A DNA stretch of 64,000 nucleotides from Polyangiales bacterium (GCA_038231275.1 JBBRLQ010000028.1:32001-96000), one strand, 5' to 3'. Positions 1 through 9,417 are shown, numbered from the stretch's first letter. Translations and numbers: made by a program. The notes: generated by a model from the letters alone, not told the origin.

Positions 1-213
1 CCGATCGTCTCCCCGAGTAGGGGCGTCGAGGTGGTGCCGTGGGAGTAGGCGAGGAAGGGGGAGGCGGAGGGGGAGGAGGCCGTCATCGCCGGGATCCTAC
101 GCCCGGGCAGGTCTCGCAAAATAAAAGTCGAGGCCTGTCGATCCTGGCGTGGCTCGCGCGTCGTCTGTTCGGAAGCCGCGAAGCGACGCGGCACCCAAAT
201 GTTGGAGATCACA

Positions 214-978
214 ATGAGCAAGACCAATTCGACCGGGCGTTTCCTCTGGCAGGAGCTGATCACCACGGACCCGAAGACGGCGCACGCCTTCTACGGCGAG
301 CTCTTCGGGTGGAAGACCGCCGCGATGGACATGGGGGCGGGCGGCCCGTACACGATCTTCAAGTCCGGCGACAAGGACGTCGGCGGCGGGCTCTCGGCCG
401 AGCGCTCGAAGGGGCTGCCGCCGCATTGGAATGTCTACTTCTCGACGCCCAACGCCGACGCGACGGTCGAGACCGTGAAGGCGAACGGCGGCAAGGTGAT
501 GAGCCCGGCGTGGGACATCCCGAACATCGGCCGCGCGGCGGTCCTCGTCGATCCGCAGGGGACGAGCTTCTCGATCCTCACGTCGACCGACGAGCGCCCG
601 GAGACCGAGGCGAAGCCGGCGGCCGGCGAGTTCTGCTGGGTCGAGGGGATCGTCGACGACACCGCGAAGGCGCTCGCCTTCTACGGCAAGGTGTTCGGCT
701 GGACCTCCAAGGAGACCGACATGGGCGAGGCTGGCGCGTACCAGCACCTCTCGCGCGCGGGCGGCAAGCCGGCGGGGGGCATCACCAAGAAGCGCATGGA
801 CGGGCCGAACGCATGGCTCTCGTACGTGGCGGTCGACGACGTCGACGCGTCCGTGAAGCGCGCCGCTCGCCTGCGCGGCACGGTGCTCGCGCCCGCGACG
901 TCGGTGCCGGGCATCGGGCGGTTCGCTGTGCTCCAGGATCCGACGGGCGCGGTGTTCGCGATCTTCAAGGGGGAGTGA
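214..978 (+). CDS. VOC/glyoxalase family protein (two tandem VOC domains)
   Basis: Two repeats (WQELITTD..FYGELFGW..GRAAVLVDPQG and WVE..FYGKVFGW..GRFAVLQDPTGA); GGAG RBS upstream of ATG 214. Confidence 0.9.
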   Translation: MSKTNSTGRFLWQELITTDPKTAHAFYGELFGWKTAAMDMGAGGPYTIFKSGDKDVGGGLSAERSKGLPPHWNVYFSTPNADATVETVKANGGKVMSPAWDIPNIGRAAVLVDPQGTSFSILTSTDERPETEAKPAAGEFCWVEGIVDDTAKALAFYGKVFGWTSKETDMGEAGAYQHLSRAGGKPAGGITKKRMDGPNAWLSYVAVDDVDASVKRAARLRGTVLAPATSVPGIGRFAVLQDPTGAVFAIFKGE

Positions 979-1744
979 AGTGTAGGCGCGACGCGCGCCA
1001 GCTGGTCGCGGCGCCGACGATCGCGAGCGCGAGCCACTGCGTCGACGTCACGCCCCACGCGCCTCGCGCGAGATCGCCTCGCGCGAGGTCCGTGCACGCG
1101 CGCAGCACGGCGAAGGAGACGAGGACCCTCGCCATGCGCGCGCCTGCCGGGCCACGGGTCGGCGCGGTCGCGACGAACGCGAGCGCGACGCCGGCCGCGA
1201 GCTCGTAGAGCTGCACCGGGTGAACGGGGAGGGTCCACGCGTCTCCCGGTGCGATGAGACCGCGCGCGCTTTGCCCCGCGAACGCGGCGGTGCCTTGCGG
1301 ATATCGGATCGCCCACGGGGCGTCGCTCGGCGCGCCGTAGTCGCACCCGGCGAAGAAGCAGCCTCCGCGCGCCGTCGCGAGCATGGGTCCGACGGCGTAG
1401 GCCAGCTCGTCGAGCGCGCGCGCAGGTGAGATGCCGCGACGCCCGCTCGCGAGGACGAAGCCGAGCGCGAGACCGACGAGCGCGCCGGTGCCCGCGAGCT
1501 CGATCTCCGGCGGCGGTCCGCGCCGGGCCGCGAGCCACGAGGCCCAACCCAGGCCGCCGCCGAACGCCAGCGCGCCGAGCACGGCGACGAGGAGCCCGAT
1601 CGCGAATGGCCGAAGCGCGTGGCGTCCTGTGGCACGAAGCAAGACGACGCCGCCGGTGACGATCGCCACGAGCTGCCAGAGCTCCCAGCGTCCCCACCAG
1701 GCGTCGTGCCCCGCCGCGAACAGGTGCTCGAGCCACGCTCCCAC
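965..1744 (-). CDS. Prolipoprotein diacylglyceryl transferase (Lgt)-like membrane protein, divergent paralogue
   Basis: ARGGCFFAGCDYG..PWAIRYP and VHPVQLYE motifs, multiple TM segments; GTG 1744 chosen as start because it follows a sigma-54 site (start uncertain). Confidence 0.75.
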   Translation of the reverse strand: MGAWLEHLFAAGHDAWWGRWELWQLVAIVTGGVVLLRATGRHALRPFAIGLLVAVLGALAFGGGLGWASWLAARRGPPPEIELAGTGALVGLALGFVLASGRRGISPARALDELAYAVGPMLATARGGCFFAGCDYGAPSDAPWAIRYPQGTAAFAGQSARGLIAPGDAWTLPVHPVQLYELAAGVALAFVATAPTRGPAGARMARVLVSFAVLRACTDLARGDLARGAWGVTSTQWLALAIVGAATSWRASRLHFTPP

Positions 1745-1758
1745 GACGTTTGCGCTCT

Positions 1759-1774
1759 TGCAGGCGCGATGCCG
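1759..1774 (-). promoter_or_regulatory. Putative sigma-54 -24/-12 promoter for the Lgt-like gene
   Basis: Minus strand CGGCATCGCGCCTGCA (GG-N10-GC). Confidence 0.5.
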
Positions 1775-1917
1775 TCCATCGAGATCGTTTCGCGTGCAAC
1801 CTCGTCGCGGACTTGCGGGCGCGGCGCGCGAAGGCGCCTTCGCGGTGCGGAGCGTAGCGTTCGCAACTGGTTGAACCATTCGATGTGTAAATGTTCGAAC
1901 CCTGGTCGGCGGCGCGC

Positions 1918-1933
1918 CGGCGCGGTCGTTGCT
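1918..1933 (+). promoter_or_regulatory. Putative sigma-54 -24/-12 promoter for the peptide/ferritin-like operon
   Basis: CGGCGCGGTCGTTGCT (GG-N10-GC), followed by GGAGGT RBS and ATG 1959. Confidence 0.55.
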
Positions 1934-1958
1934 CTTCGGGCCGCCCGGAGGTGACGCG

Positions 1959-2264
1959 ATGAGTGACGACGTTCGTGCGAAGGCGAGGGCGAAGGGTCTA
2001 CGGATGGCGGCGCGCGTGGCCGGTCTCGGTGGGCTGGCGCTCGCCGCCGCGGGGATCGCAGAGGCCCGCGCGACCGAGACGCCGACGGTAACCGCGGCGA
2101 GCAGCACTGCGACGGGCGGCGATTCTTCGCTGCCGCTGGAGGCGTGGCTCCGTCAAACGCGCGGTGGCAATTGTGGATGCTCGCCGTGCTGGGGACCTCC
2201 CGCGCCGCCGCGCAAGGCCCGCTCGATGCACTCGACGCGTCGCGCGGCGACGAGGAGCGCGTGA
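1959..2264 (+). CDS. Small protein with hydrophobic N-terminal segment and a GG-NCGCSPCWGPPAPP Cys-rich motif (candidate precursor peptide)
   Basis: Strong RBS GGAGGTG; stop overlaps the next start (GTGA). Confidence 0.7.
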   Translation: MSDDVRAKARAKGLRMAARVAGLGGLALAAAGIAEARATETPTVTAASSTATGGDSSLPLEAWLRQTRGGNCGCSPCWGPPAPPRKARSMHSTRRAATRSA

Positions 2265-3043
2265 CGGCGCTCGACTTGCGGCGCGAAGCGGCCCGCGCGC
2301 CGCTCTCGATCCCATTGCCGCCGCTCGATGCCGAGCAGCTCTCGGCCGCGCGCGACAATTGGCGCGAGCGCATGGTGAGCGAGCACGCGTCGGCCCGCGT
2401 CTTCGGCGCCATGCTCGCGCCCATGATGCGGGCTGGCCTTCCCGCCGCCGAGCTGCGCCGCGTCGCGGACATGGCGCGCCAAGAGCTCGATCATGCCGTC
2501 CTCTGCGCGCGCGTGCTGTCCGCACTCGGCGCTCCCGCGGTCCACGAGATGCCGCGCCTCGACGACGTCCCGTTCCATGAGGACGCGTCGCCGCTCGAAG
2601 CAGTCGTGCGCAACGCCATCAGCATCGGGTGTTGCAGCGAGACGGTCGCGGTGGCCCTCGTCGCGACCGAGCGCGAGCAGGCAGGACCGCCCGCCGTGCG
2701 GCGGGTCCTCGATCAGATCCTGCGAGACGAGGTGAAGCACTCGCGCTTCGGATGGCGCCTGGTGGGGAGCCTCGCGCCGAAGCTGTCAACGCGCGAGAGG
2801 GATGGCGTCGACGCGTACCTGGTCGACGTCTTCTCCCACCAGCTCCGCTTCCATGCGCCGTTTCTCGACATGCCGTCGTCGGACGCGAAGGCCGCTAGTA
2901 TCGGCGCGCCGCACGGCGCCTCCAACTGGGCGATCTTCGTCGACGTGATGCTCGGTGTGGTCATCCCGGGCCTGGAGCGCGCGGGGCTCGGCGCGCACGC
3001 GGCGTGGGCCGAGGCGACGCGAGCCGAGCCCGGAACGGCCTAA
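2261..3043 (+). CDS. Ferritin-like diiron four-helix-bundle protein
   Basis: E..ExxH..E..ExxH ligand pattern (SEHAS, QELDH, SETVA, DEVKH); translational coupling to the upstream ORF. Confidence 0.85.
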   Translation: MTALDLRREAARAPLSIPLPPLDAEQLSAARDNWRERMVSEHASARVFGAMLAPMMRAGLPAAELRRVADMARQELDHAVLCARVLSALGAPAVHEMPRLDDVPFHEDASPLEAVVRNAISIGCCSETVAVALVATEREQAGPPAVRRVLDQILRDEVKHSRFGWRLVGSLAPKLSTRERDGVDAYLVDVFSHQLRFHAPFLDMPSSDAKAASIGAPHGASNWAIFVDVMLGVVIPGLERAGLGAHAAWAEATRAEPGTA

Positions 3044-3112
3044 AATCAGGACGAAACGCGGTCCGCTGCAACCTCGCGCGCTCCGCCCCCCACTACCGGT
3101 GTGACGGAGGCG

Positions 3113-3394
3113 ATGATGAACCCCTTCTTCCTCACTCCCCAGACCGGACCGACGCCGCCTCTGCCGCTGCGCGTGCGGCTCTTGGCGCTGCGAATTTCTC
3201 CGCCGCTCATCCGGCTGAAGCAAGAAGACCCGGACGATGCGCGGCCTCGCGTGAGACCCGCTCCCAGGCGCCCGCGGATCGTGCTCCTTGGGCTGGTCTT
3301 TGCAGCGTCTGCCGCGGGCGCGTTCGTGGCGGGGACCGCGGCGCGCAACCTCGTGCCGCCGCTCGTCGAGCCCCCGTCGGGCAGGGTGCGATGA
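3113..3394 (+). CDS. Hypothetical small membrane protein
   Basis: GGAGG RBS; one hydrophobic segment IVLLGLVFAASAAGAFVAG. Confidence 0.45.
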   Translation: MMNPFFLTPQTGPTPPLPLRVRLLALRISPPLIRLKQEDPDDARPRVRPAPRRPRIVLLGLVFAASAAGAFVAGTAARNLVPPLVEPPSGRVR

Positions 3395-3444
3395 GTACTC
3401 GGGCCCCTTCAGCTTCTCCGCAACGCGCCGTACTTCCCCTTGCC

Positions 3445-3675
3445 ATGGCCCTGATCACCCATCGCTGCGCCGACTGCGGCACGACGTCTCCCCCCACCGA
3501 GGCCAAATACTCCCTGCTCAGCCTGTCCGGCTGGCGCTCCGTGAACGTCATGGAAGCCGATGGAAGTCAGGGGGAGTGCTGGCGCTGCCCGCCGTGCTGG
3601 CAGGCGCACAAGCAGAAGGGGCGCGCGGTCACGTTAATAAACGTACCGCGCCTGAAAGACCTGACGCGTCGCTGA
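3445..3675 (+). CDS. Small putative zinc-finger protein
   Basis: CADC ... GW ... WRCPPCW. Confidence 0.6.
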   Translation: MALITHRCADCGTTSPPTEAKYSLLSLSGWRSVNVMEADGSQGECWRCPPCWQAHKQKGRAVTLINVPRLKDLTRR

Positions 3676-3693
3676 GCGCGCGGCGCAGATCCC

Positions 3694-4623
3694 TCACGGC
3701 TCGAGTGACGCGCGCATCGGGCGACCGGCGAGGGCCGCGCAGCTGACGCCGCAGGCCGTCGCGAGCGACTCGACGTACCCCTCGACCACGAACGCGCGCG
3801 ACGCCGGCTCGGCCTCCGGCGTGACCTGATCGATGGTGACGCGAAGCGTCTTGTCGTCGAGCGTCACCTTCGCGTGACGCGACTTGAGGAGTGACGCGGC
3901 CTCTTCCGGCACCGCGATGCGCGCGCGCAGGCCTTCTCCTCCGACCACCCGCGCGACGATGTCGCCTGTATGCGCAGTGGTGCCGGGCTCGAAGTTCACG
4001 GACGAGACGATCCCGGCGAACGGCGCGCGCAGCTCGCTCTCCTGCAGCGCGACGCGCAGCTGATCGACGCGCGCCTTCATCTCGGCGATGTGCGCCGAGG
4101 CCGACGCCGCCTTCGCGCCCGCGCTCTGGGCCTCGAAGTGCGACTGCGCGGCCTCTTCGCCGGAGACCAGGGCGACGCGTTGCCCGCCAACGTCCACCGT
4201 CGCGTTGCGCCGAGCCGCCCTCTTGCGCGCCGCGAGGTACTCGGAGCCGGCGCCCGCCGCCTCGGCCCGCGCCACCTTGAGCTGCGCCTCGGCGATCGCG
4301 AGATCGTGCTGCCGCTCGCGCAGGTCGAACGCGACGATCACGTCACCGGCCTTCACCGCCTGGCCGGCCTTCGCGCGGATCTCGAGGACCTTGCCGTCGG
4401 CGCGCGGCGAGAGATTCGCCATCTGCGGCGGCAGGAGCACTCCGACGAAGTCGTTCGTGATGTGGGCGCCCGCCGGCTGCGCCTGCGCCTTCGCAGCGTC
4501 ACGCGGCGCCTCGCCGGCCTCGCTCTTACGCGTCAAGAGCATTCCGACGAGCGGCGCTCCGACGAGGACCACGATCGCGAGCACCGCCTTCGCTGCCCAC
4601 CTCGTCCACACGCGCGCGCTCAT
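3694..4623 (-). CDS. Membrane-fusion (periplasmic adaptor) protein
   Basis: N-terminal TM, lipoyl-like GKVLEIRAKAGQAVKAGD, coiled coil, LRAPFAGIV. Confidence 0.88.
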   Translation of the reverse strand: MSARVWTRWAAKAVLAIVVLVGAPLVGMLLTRKSEAGEAPRDAAKAQAQPAGAHITNDFVGVLLPPQMANLSPRADGKVLEIRAKAGQAVKAGDVIVAFDLRERQHDLAIAEAQLKVARAEAAGAGSEYLAARKRAARRNATVDVGGQRVALVSGEEAAQSHFEAQSAGAKAASASAHIAEMKARVDQLRVALQESELRAPFAGIVSSVNFEPGTTAHTGDIVARVVGGEGLRARIAVPEEAASLLKSRHAKVTLDDKTLRVTIDQVTPEAEPASRAFVVEGYVESLATACGVSCAALAGRPMRASLEP

Positions 4624-7106
4624 CTCGTCCTCCCGGTGTCCCAGCCGGCGTGGGGGTCCCACGTCTCCACGTCGCCGTGCCACGTCGGCGCGTCCGGATC
4701 GAAGGTCGGGGCGCCGCCGCCCGCCGCCTCGAGCGCCTGCGGAGCCACGTCGCGCACGCGCGCCATCCGCCGCTCGCCCAGCTGAACGACCGGGGCCTGG
4801 CCCCTCCGTCGCGCGGTACCGCTCTTGCCGTCCGTCGACGGGCGCTGAATCTGCGCCTGCGCCGGCCGCTCGCCGCTGTCGCCGAGCTGCGCATCGACGA
4901 GTCGCGCATAGGCTCCCCTCCGCGCGAGGAGCTCGTGGTGCGTCCCCTGCTCGACGAGCGCGCCGTCCTCCATCACGAGGATGCGATCGGCGCCGACCAC
5001 GGTGCTGAGGCGATGCGCGATGAAGATTCGCGTACAGCGGAGATCCTCGAGCTGGCGCTGCACCGCGCCCTCGGTGATCGAGTCGAGCGCGCTCGTCGCC
5101 TCGTCGAGCAGCACGATCGCGGGATCGTCGACGAGCGCGCGTGCGAGTGCGATGCGCTGCCGTTGCCCGCCCGACAACGACGCGCCGCCCGCGACCACCG
5201 GCGTGTCGTACTGCATCGGCATCTTGACGATGTCCTCGTGGATGCACGCGCGCATCGCCGCGTGCTTGATCCTCTCGAGCGACGTCTCCGGATCGGCGAG
5301 CGCGATGTTGGCGCGAATCGTCGTCCCGAAGACGTGCGGCCTCTGGATGACGACGCCGAGCTGACGCCGCACGCTCCTCAAATCGAGCTGGCTCAGAGGG
5401 TTGCCGTCGAGCGAGACGACGCCGTCGGTCGGCTGGTACAGGCCGAGGAGCAGGCGCCCCATCGTCGTCTTGCCGGAGCCCGAGCGCCCCACGATCGCGA
5501 CGCACTCCCCGGGCGCGATGTGCACGGTGACGCTGCGGACGGCGAGCGGCAGCTTGGGGCCGTACCGGAAGCTCACGCGCTCGAGGGAGATTTGCCCCTG
5601 GAGCGGCGGCGCGATGCGGAGGTTGCCGGCGTTCTCCTGCTCCGGCGCGGTGCCGAGCACATCGTTGATACGTGTAAGATGCACGCGTGTGGTCTGCAGC
5701 TGCTGCAGCGTCGAGACGAGGTTCATCATCGGCGAGATGAACCCGACGGCCAGCGCGTTCGCGGACAGCATCACGCCCAGGCTCATCTTGCGGTCCATGA
5801 CCTCGACGACGCCGCCGATGAGCAGCACCATCGGCCCCACGATGTGCATCGTCGACAGGAGCGCCTGCGAGAACGTCGCGACGCTGCCTTGCCGGAGACC
5901 GATGTTCATCACGTCGACGTAGCGCGCGGCCCAGGTGTGCGACGCCTTGTGCTCGCAGCCGCTCGCCTTCAAGGACTCCATGCCGGAGAGCAGCTCGTTC
6001 AGCGCGTTCGCCGCCTCCGTCTGCTTCGCGATGCTGCCCGCCGCGAGCTCGCGGAGCTTGGTGCGCGTCGCGACGTAGACGGCGACCTGCACGCCGACGA
6101 TGACGAGCGCGATGAGCGTCATCTTCACGCTCATGATCGACAAGAAGAGGAGATGGCTCGCGACCATGACGCCGTCGATGCTGCCCGACAAGACCGCGCC
6201 GGTGAGCGTCTCGCGGATCGTCGCGACGCTGGCGACGCGCATCTGGAGATCGGCAGCGTGGCGGCGCTCGAAGAAGCCGTAGGGGAGGCGCAGCAGGTGC
6301 TCGAGGAAGCCGAACGTCATCTTCGCGTCGAAGCCGGTCCGCAGCTGGAGGAGGAGCTGGCTCCGCGTGATCGACGTGAAGAAGTGGAAGACGACCGTCG
6401 TGGCGAGCCCGGCCACGAGGACGAAGAGCAGGTGCGTGTCGTTGCGTGGGACGACGCGATCGATGAGGCGCCCGTTGATCATCGGGAGCACCAGCGCCAG
6501 CATCTCGAGGAAGATCGAAGCGAACGCGATGCGGTGCCAGTCGTTCGAGCCGGCGAACGCGTTCTTGAGGTGACGCCAGACGAGGTTGTCGCCCTTTTTG
6601 CTCGGGACGAATTTCTCGGTCTTCTCGACGATGAGCGCGACGCCGGTGAAGCTCTTCTTCGCCTCCTCCATCGTCACGGTGCGGCGCCCGAGGGCCGGGT
6701 CGATGATCCGCACGCCGTTCTTGGTCAACGAGTCGAAGAGGACGAAATGGCTGAAATTCCAGTGCAGAATGGACGCGCGCGGGAGGTGCTCGAGGTCCGA
6801 GACGTCGAGCTTCACGCCGCGGCAGCGCAGATCGTAGAGCGCTGCGGCCTCGAGGATCGCGCGCGCCGTCACGCCGTCGCGACCGACCGACATGGTGGTG
6901 CGGAGCTCGTCGAGCGCGACGTGCCGACCCAAGTAGGCGAGGCACATCGCGAGGCAGGCGGCGCCGCAGTCGGTCGCCATCGCCTGTTGGACGACGGGGA
7001 TCTCCTTCGTGCGGAGCGGCTCGCCGAGCTTCTTCAGCGCCGGGAACTCCGAGACGAGGCGACGAGCGAGATTGCCGGAGGGGGTCGGGGTGTCGGTGGT
7101 GGCCAT
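4620..7106 (-). CDS. Peptidase C39-containing ABC transporter (PCAT)
   Basis: QQ..DCGAACLAM (Cys), HWNFSHFV (His), IIDP (Asp); TM domain; GRSGSGKT, LSGGQRQR, LLDEATSALD. Confidence 0.95.
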   Translation of the reverse strand: MATTDTPTPSGNLARRLVSEFPALKKLGEPLRTKEIPVVQQAMATDCGAACLAMCLAYLGRHVALDELRTTMSVGRDGVTARAILEAAALYDLRCRGVKLDVSDLEHLPRASILHWNFSHFVLFDSLTKNGVRIIDPALGRRTVTMEEAKKSFTGVALIVEKTEKFVPSKKGDNLVWRHLKNAFAGSNDWHRIAFASIFLEMLALVLPMINGRLIDRVVPRNDTHLLFVLVAGLATTVVFHFFTSITRSQLLLQLRTGFDAKMTFGFLEHLLRLPYGFFERRHAADLQMRVASVATIRETLTGAVLSGSIDGVMVASHLLFLSIMSVKMTLIALVIVGVQVAVYVATRTKLRELAAGSIAKQTEAANALNELLSGMESLKASGCEHKASHTWAARYVDVMNIGLRQGSVATFSQALLSTMHIVGPMVLLIGGVVEVMDRKMSLGVMLSANALAVGFISPMMNLVSTLQQLQTTRVHLTRINDVLGTAPEQENAGNLRIAPPLQGQISLERVSFRYGPKLPLAVRSVTVHIAPGECVAIVGRSGSGKTTMGRLLLGLYQPTDGVVSLDGNPLSQLDLRSVRRQLGVVIQRPHVFGTTIRANIALADPETSLERIKHAAMRACIHEDIVKMPMQYDTPVVAGGASLSGGQRQRIALARALVDDPAIVLLDEATSALDSITEGAVQRQLEDLRCTRIFIAHRLSTVVGADRILVMEDGALVEQGTHHELLARRGAYARLVDAQLGDSGERPAQAQIQRPSTDGKSGTARRRGQAPVVQLGERRMARVRDVAPQALEAAGGGAPTFDPDAPTWHGDVETWDPHAGWDTGRTR

Positions 7107-7116
7107 GGTGATTGTC

Positions 7117-8064
7117 TCAGGGCAAAAACTGACGAAGCGCGGGCACCAGCGTGACGAGGATGGGCTCGCTGCGAACGCGGATCTCGGCGGTGCCGGTGAG
7201 GCCGTCGAAGTAGCCGTAGGGTTGGCCTTCGGAGGTGAACGTCGCTTTGGGAAGACGCGCGGTGACAAGGACCTTCGCGCCGGGATCGAGGACGACGGCG
7301 TCGGCGCGCTCCTGACCGAGGAAGCGCTGCACCTCGGTCGGGCCGACCGCTTCGGCCGAGACGTCGGTCACGACGAGGTCCGAATACTCGTAGCGAAAGC
7401 CGTCGAGCTCGAAGCGCATCTTGAGGCCGTCCTTGAGCATCGGGCGGTAGTCGGCGGGGACCATCGACACGAGCGACACCTGCGCGCTCCCTTTCGGCGC
7501 GACCGCGAGGAGGACCTCGCCGGCGTTGACGTGCTGGCCCGGGCGGACGCGCACGTCGCTCACGTAGCCCTGCACCTCGGCGCGGACCGTGCGCGATTCG
7601 ACCACGTTTTTGGCCTGATCGCGCTGCGCACGGAGCGTGGCGAGTGCCTGCTTCGCTGCGACGTCGCTCGGATCGCGGAGCATGCGCACGAGCTGGAGAT
7701 CGAACTCGCGCGACGCGCGCGTGAGCTCGTTGTTCTCCTCGACGTTGTACATGCGCACGAGCACGGTGCCGACGTCGACGAGCTGCCCGGGGCGGACCTC
7801 GACGCCCTCTACGGTCGCGGGCGACGTCGCGGTGATCATGCGGCGTCCGTCGACGCGGACCACGGCGGGGCCCGTCGCGTACTCGTCGACGTTGAACAGG
7901 CTGATGAAGAGGAACCCGCACACCGCCGCGGCGACGAGGATCTTGTAGATTACACCTGTCCAGGCGCGGTCGAAGCGGAGGACGTCGCCCTCCTCCTCGC
8001 CGCCGGCGTGGTGCTCGATCGCTTCGGGGCGAAAAATCCCTACTTGATCTTGCTCGGGCGTCAC
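7117..8064 (-). CDS. HlyD-family secretion adaptor
   Basis: IFRPEAIEH N-terminus, TM, biotinyl-lipoyl halves, GLTGTAEIRV C-terminus typical of peptide-export HlyD proteins. Confidence 0.88.
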   Translation of the reverse strand: MTPEQDQVGIFRPEAIEHHAGGEEEGDVLRFDRAWTGVIYKILVAAAVCGFLFISLFNVDEYATGPAVVRVDGRRMITATSPATVEGVEVRPGQLVDVGTVLVRMYNVEENNELTRASREFDLQLVRMLRDPSDVAAKQALATLRAQRDQAKNVVESRTVRAEVQGYVSDVRVRPGQHVNAGEVLLAVAPKGSAQVSLVSMVPADYRPMLKDGLKMRFELDGFRYEYSDLVVTDVSAEAVGPTEVQRFLGQERADAVVLDPGAKVLVTARLPKATFTSEGQPYGYFDGLTGTAEIRVRSEPILVTLVPALRQFLP

Positions 8065-9389
8065 GGCGACTCCTCTACGATCTTCTTTCCGGTGGCGACC
8101 ATGAGGCGCACGACGGCGAGGGCGTGCGCGAGCTCGGACTGCGTGCGCTGGATGCGCGCGTCGGCGTCGGAGCTCTCGGCGTCGATGAGCTCGAGCGGGC
8201 TCGACAGGCCCTGGACGTAGCGCGCCGACACGATCTGGAGAACTCCCGCCGCGCCGTCGGCCGAGCGCTTCGCGTGCTCGAGGGCGACTGCGGTCGTGCG
8301 GACCGCGAACGACGCGCGCGCCGCCTCGCTCTTCGCGTCGCGCCGCGTTTGCTCGAGGGTCGCCGCCGCCGTCGCCGCATCCGCGCGCGCGCCGGTCAGG
8401 TTCGGCCCGATCGACGCGTCGAAGATCGGGACGCTCACGACCAGCGACGCGGTCGCCTGGCGCGTGTTCAAAAGGACGTCGCTCTTGTCGGAGCGCGTGA
8501 GCCGGTAGTAGTCGTCGACCGCGAGCGAAATCGCCGGCAAATACCGAGCAAACGCCGCGTCGGCGGCCGCCTCCTTCGAGTCTTTGTCGGCGGTGGCCGA
8601 CGCGACGGACGGCAGGTGCTCGGCCTCGCGCGACGCGATGGCGCTGTCCATGTCGAGGCGCGGGAGGCGCGGCGGCGCGACCTTGAGCGGCGCCGCAGGA
8701 TCGAGCGAGAGCAGCGCCGCGAGGACCGCGCGCGCGTCGTAGGCGTCGGCCTCGGCGGTCGCGAGCTGGAGCCGGGCCGCCTCCGCGCGCGCCGAGGCGC
8801 GGATCTCCTCGAGCGGCGGCTGGAGGCCCGCCTTGATGAGACCCTTGGCGATCACGACGAGCTTCTCGCGCTGCGTGAGCGTCGCCTTCGTCACCTCGCG
8901 GAGCTGCTCCTTGTAGTGGAGGTTCACGTACGCCGTGGCGACGTCGTTCATCACGCCGAGCTCGGTGCCGGCGTGGCTCGCGGTCGCCGACGTGTGATTC
9001 GCCTCGGCGGCCGCGACGTTGCCGCTCGTGCGCCCGAAGTCCCAGAGCGTCCAGCGCACGCTCGTCCCCGCGCTTCCGGCGGCCGAGTAGTTCACGAACG
9101 CGAAGAGCCCCTCGGAGGGCGGCGGCGTCGGCTGCGTGTCGCGCACGGCGGCGCCGCTACCCGTCACGTTGGCGCTCAGCGACGGGTAGTAACCGGCGCG
9201 CTGCTCGTCGATGTTCGCCTCCGCCGAGTCGGCGCGCGCGCGCGCGCCTTTGATCTGGGGAGAGCGCTGGCGGCCGATCTCGAGAGCGCGCGACAATGTC
9301 AGCGACGGCTCCTCCGCCATCGCGCGCACGGGGACGGCGAGCGTCAACGCGAACGCCGCGAAGACCGTCACCGCTGCGAGACGCTGCAT
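8061..9389 (-). CDS. TolC-family outer membrane protein
   Basis: Signal peptide, LTLSRAL..YYPSLS, LWDFGR, VPIFD, RYVQGLSSPLELIDA. Confidence 0.92.
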   Translation of the reverse strand: MQRLAAVTVFAAFALTLAVPVRAMAEEPSLTLSRALEIGRQRSPQIKGARARADSAEANIDEQRAGYYPSLSANVTGSGAAVRDTQPTPPPSEGLFAFVNYSAAGSAGTSVRWTLWDFGRTSGNVAAAEANHTSATASHAGTELGVMNDVATAYVNLHYKEQLREVTKATLTQREKLVVIAKGLIKAGLQPPLEEIRASARAEAARLQLATAEADAYDARAVLAALLSLDPAAPLKVAPPRLPRLDMDSAIASREAEHLPSVASATADKDSKEAAADAAFARYLPAISLAVDDYYRLTRSDKSDVLLNTRQATASLVVSVPIFDASIGPNLTGARADAATAAATLEQTRRDAKSEAARASFAVRTTAVALEHAKRSADGAAGVLQIVSARYVQGLSSPLELIDAESSDADARIQRTQSELAHALAVVRLMVATGKKIVEESP

Positions 9390-9401
9390 GTCTCATCACG
9401 G

Positions 9402-9417
9402 TGCAAAGTCGGGACCG
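9402..9417 (-). promoter_or_regulatory. Putative sigma-54 promoter of the T1SS operon
   Basis: Minus strand CGGTCCCGACTTTGCA (GG-N10-GC) just upstream of the tolC ATG. Confidence 0.4.

Noticed and set aside
3694..6945. 1083-aa ORF suggesting a giant fusion (similar cases: 27710-32218, 8124-10547, 60432-62405, 56017-57867)
   Set aside because: Only the C-terminal parts are real genes; the upstream extensions are out-of-frame readings of neighbouring genes.
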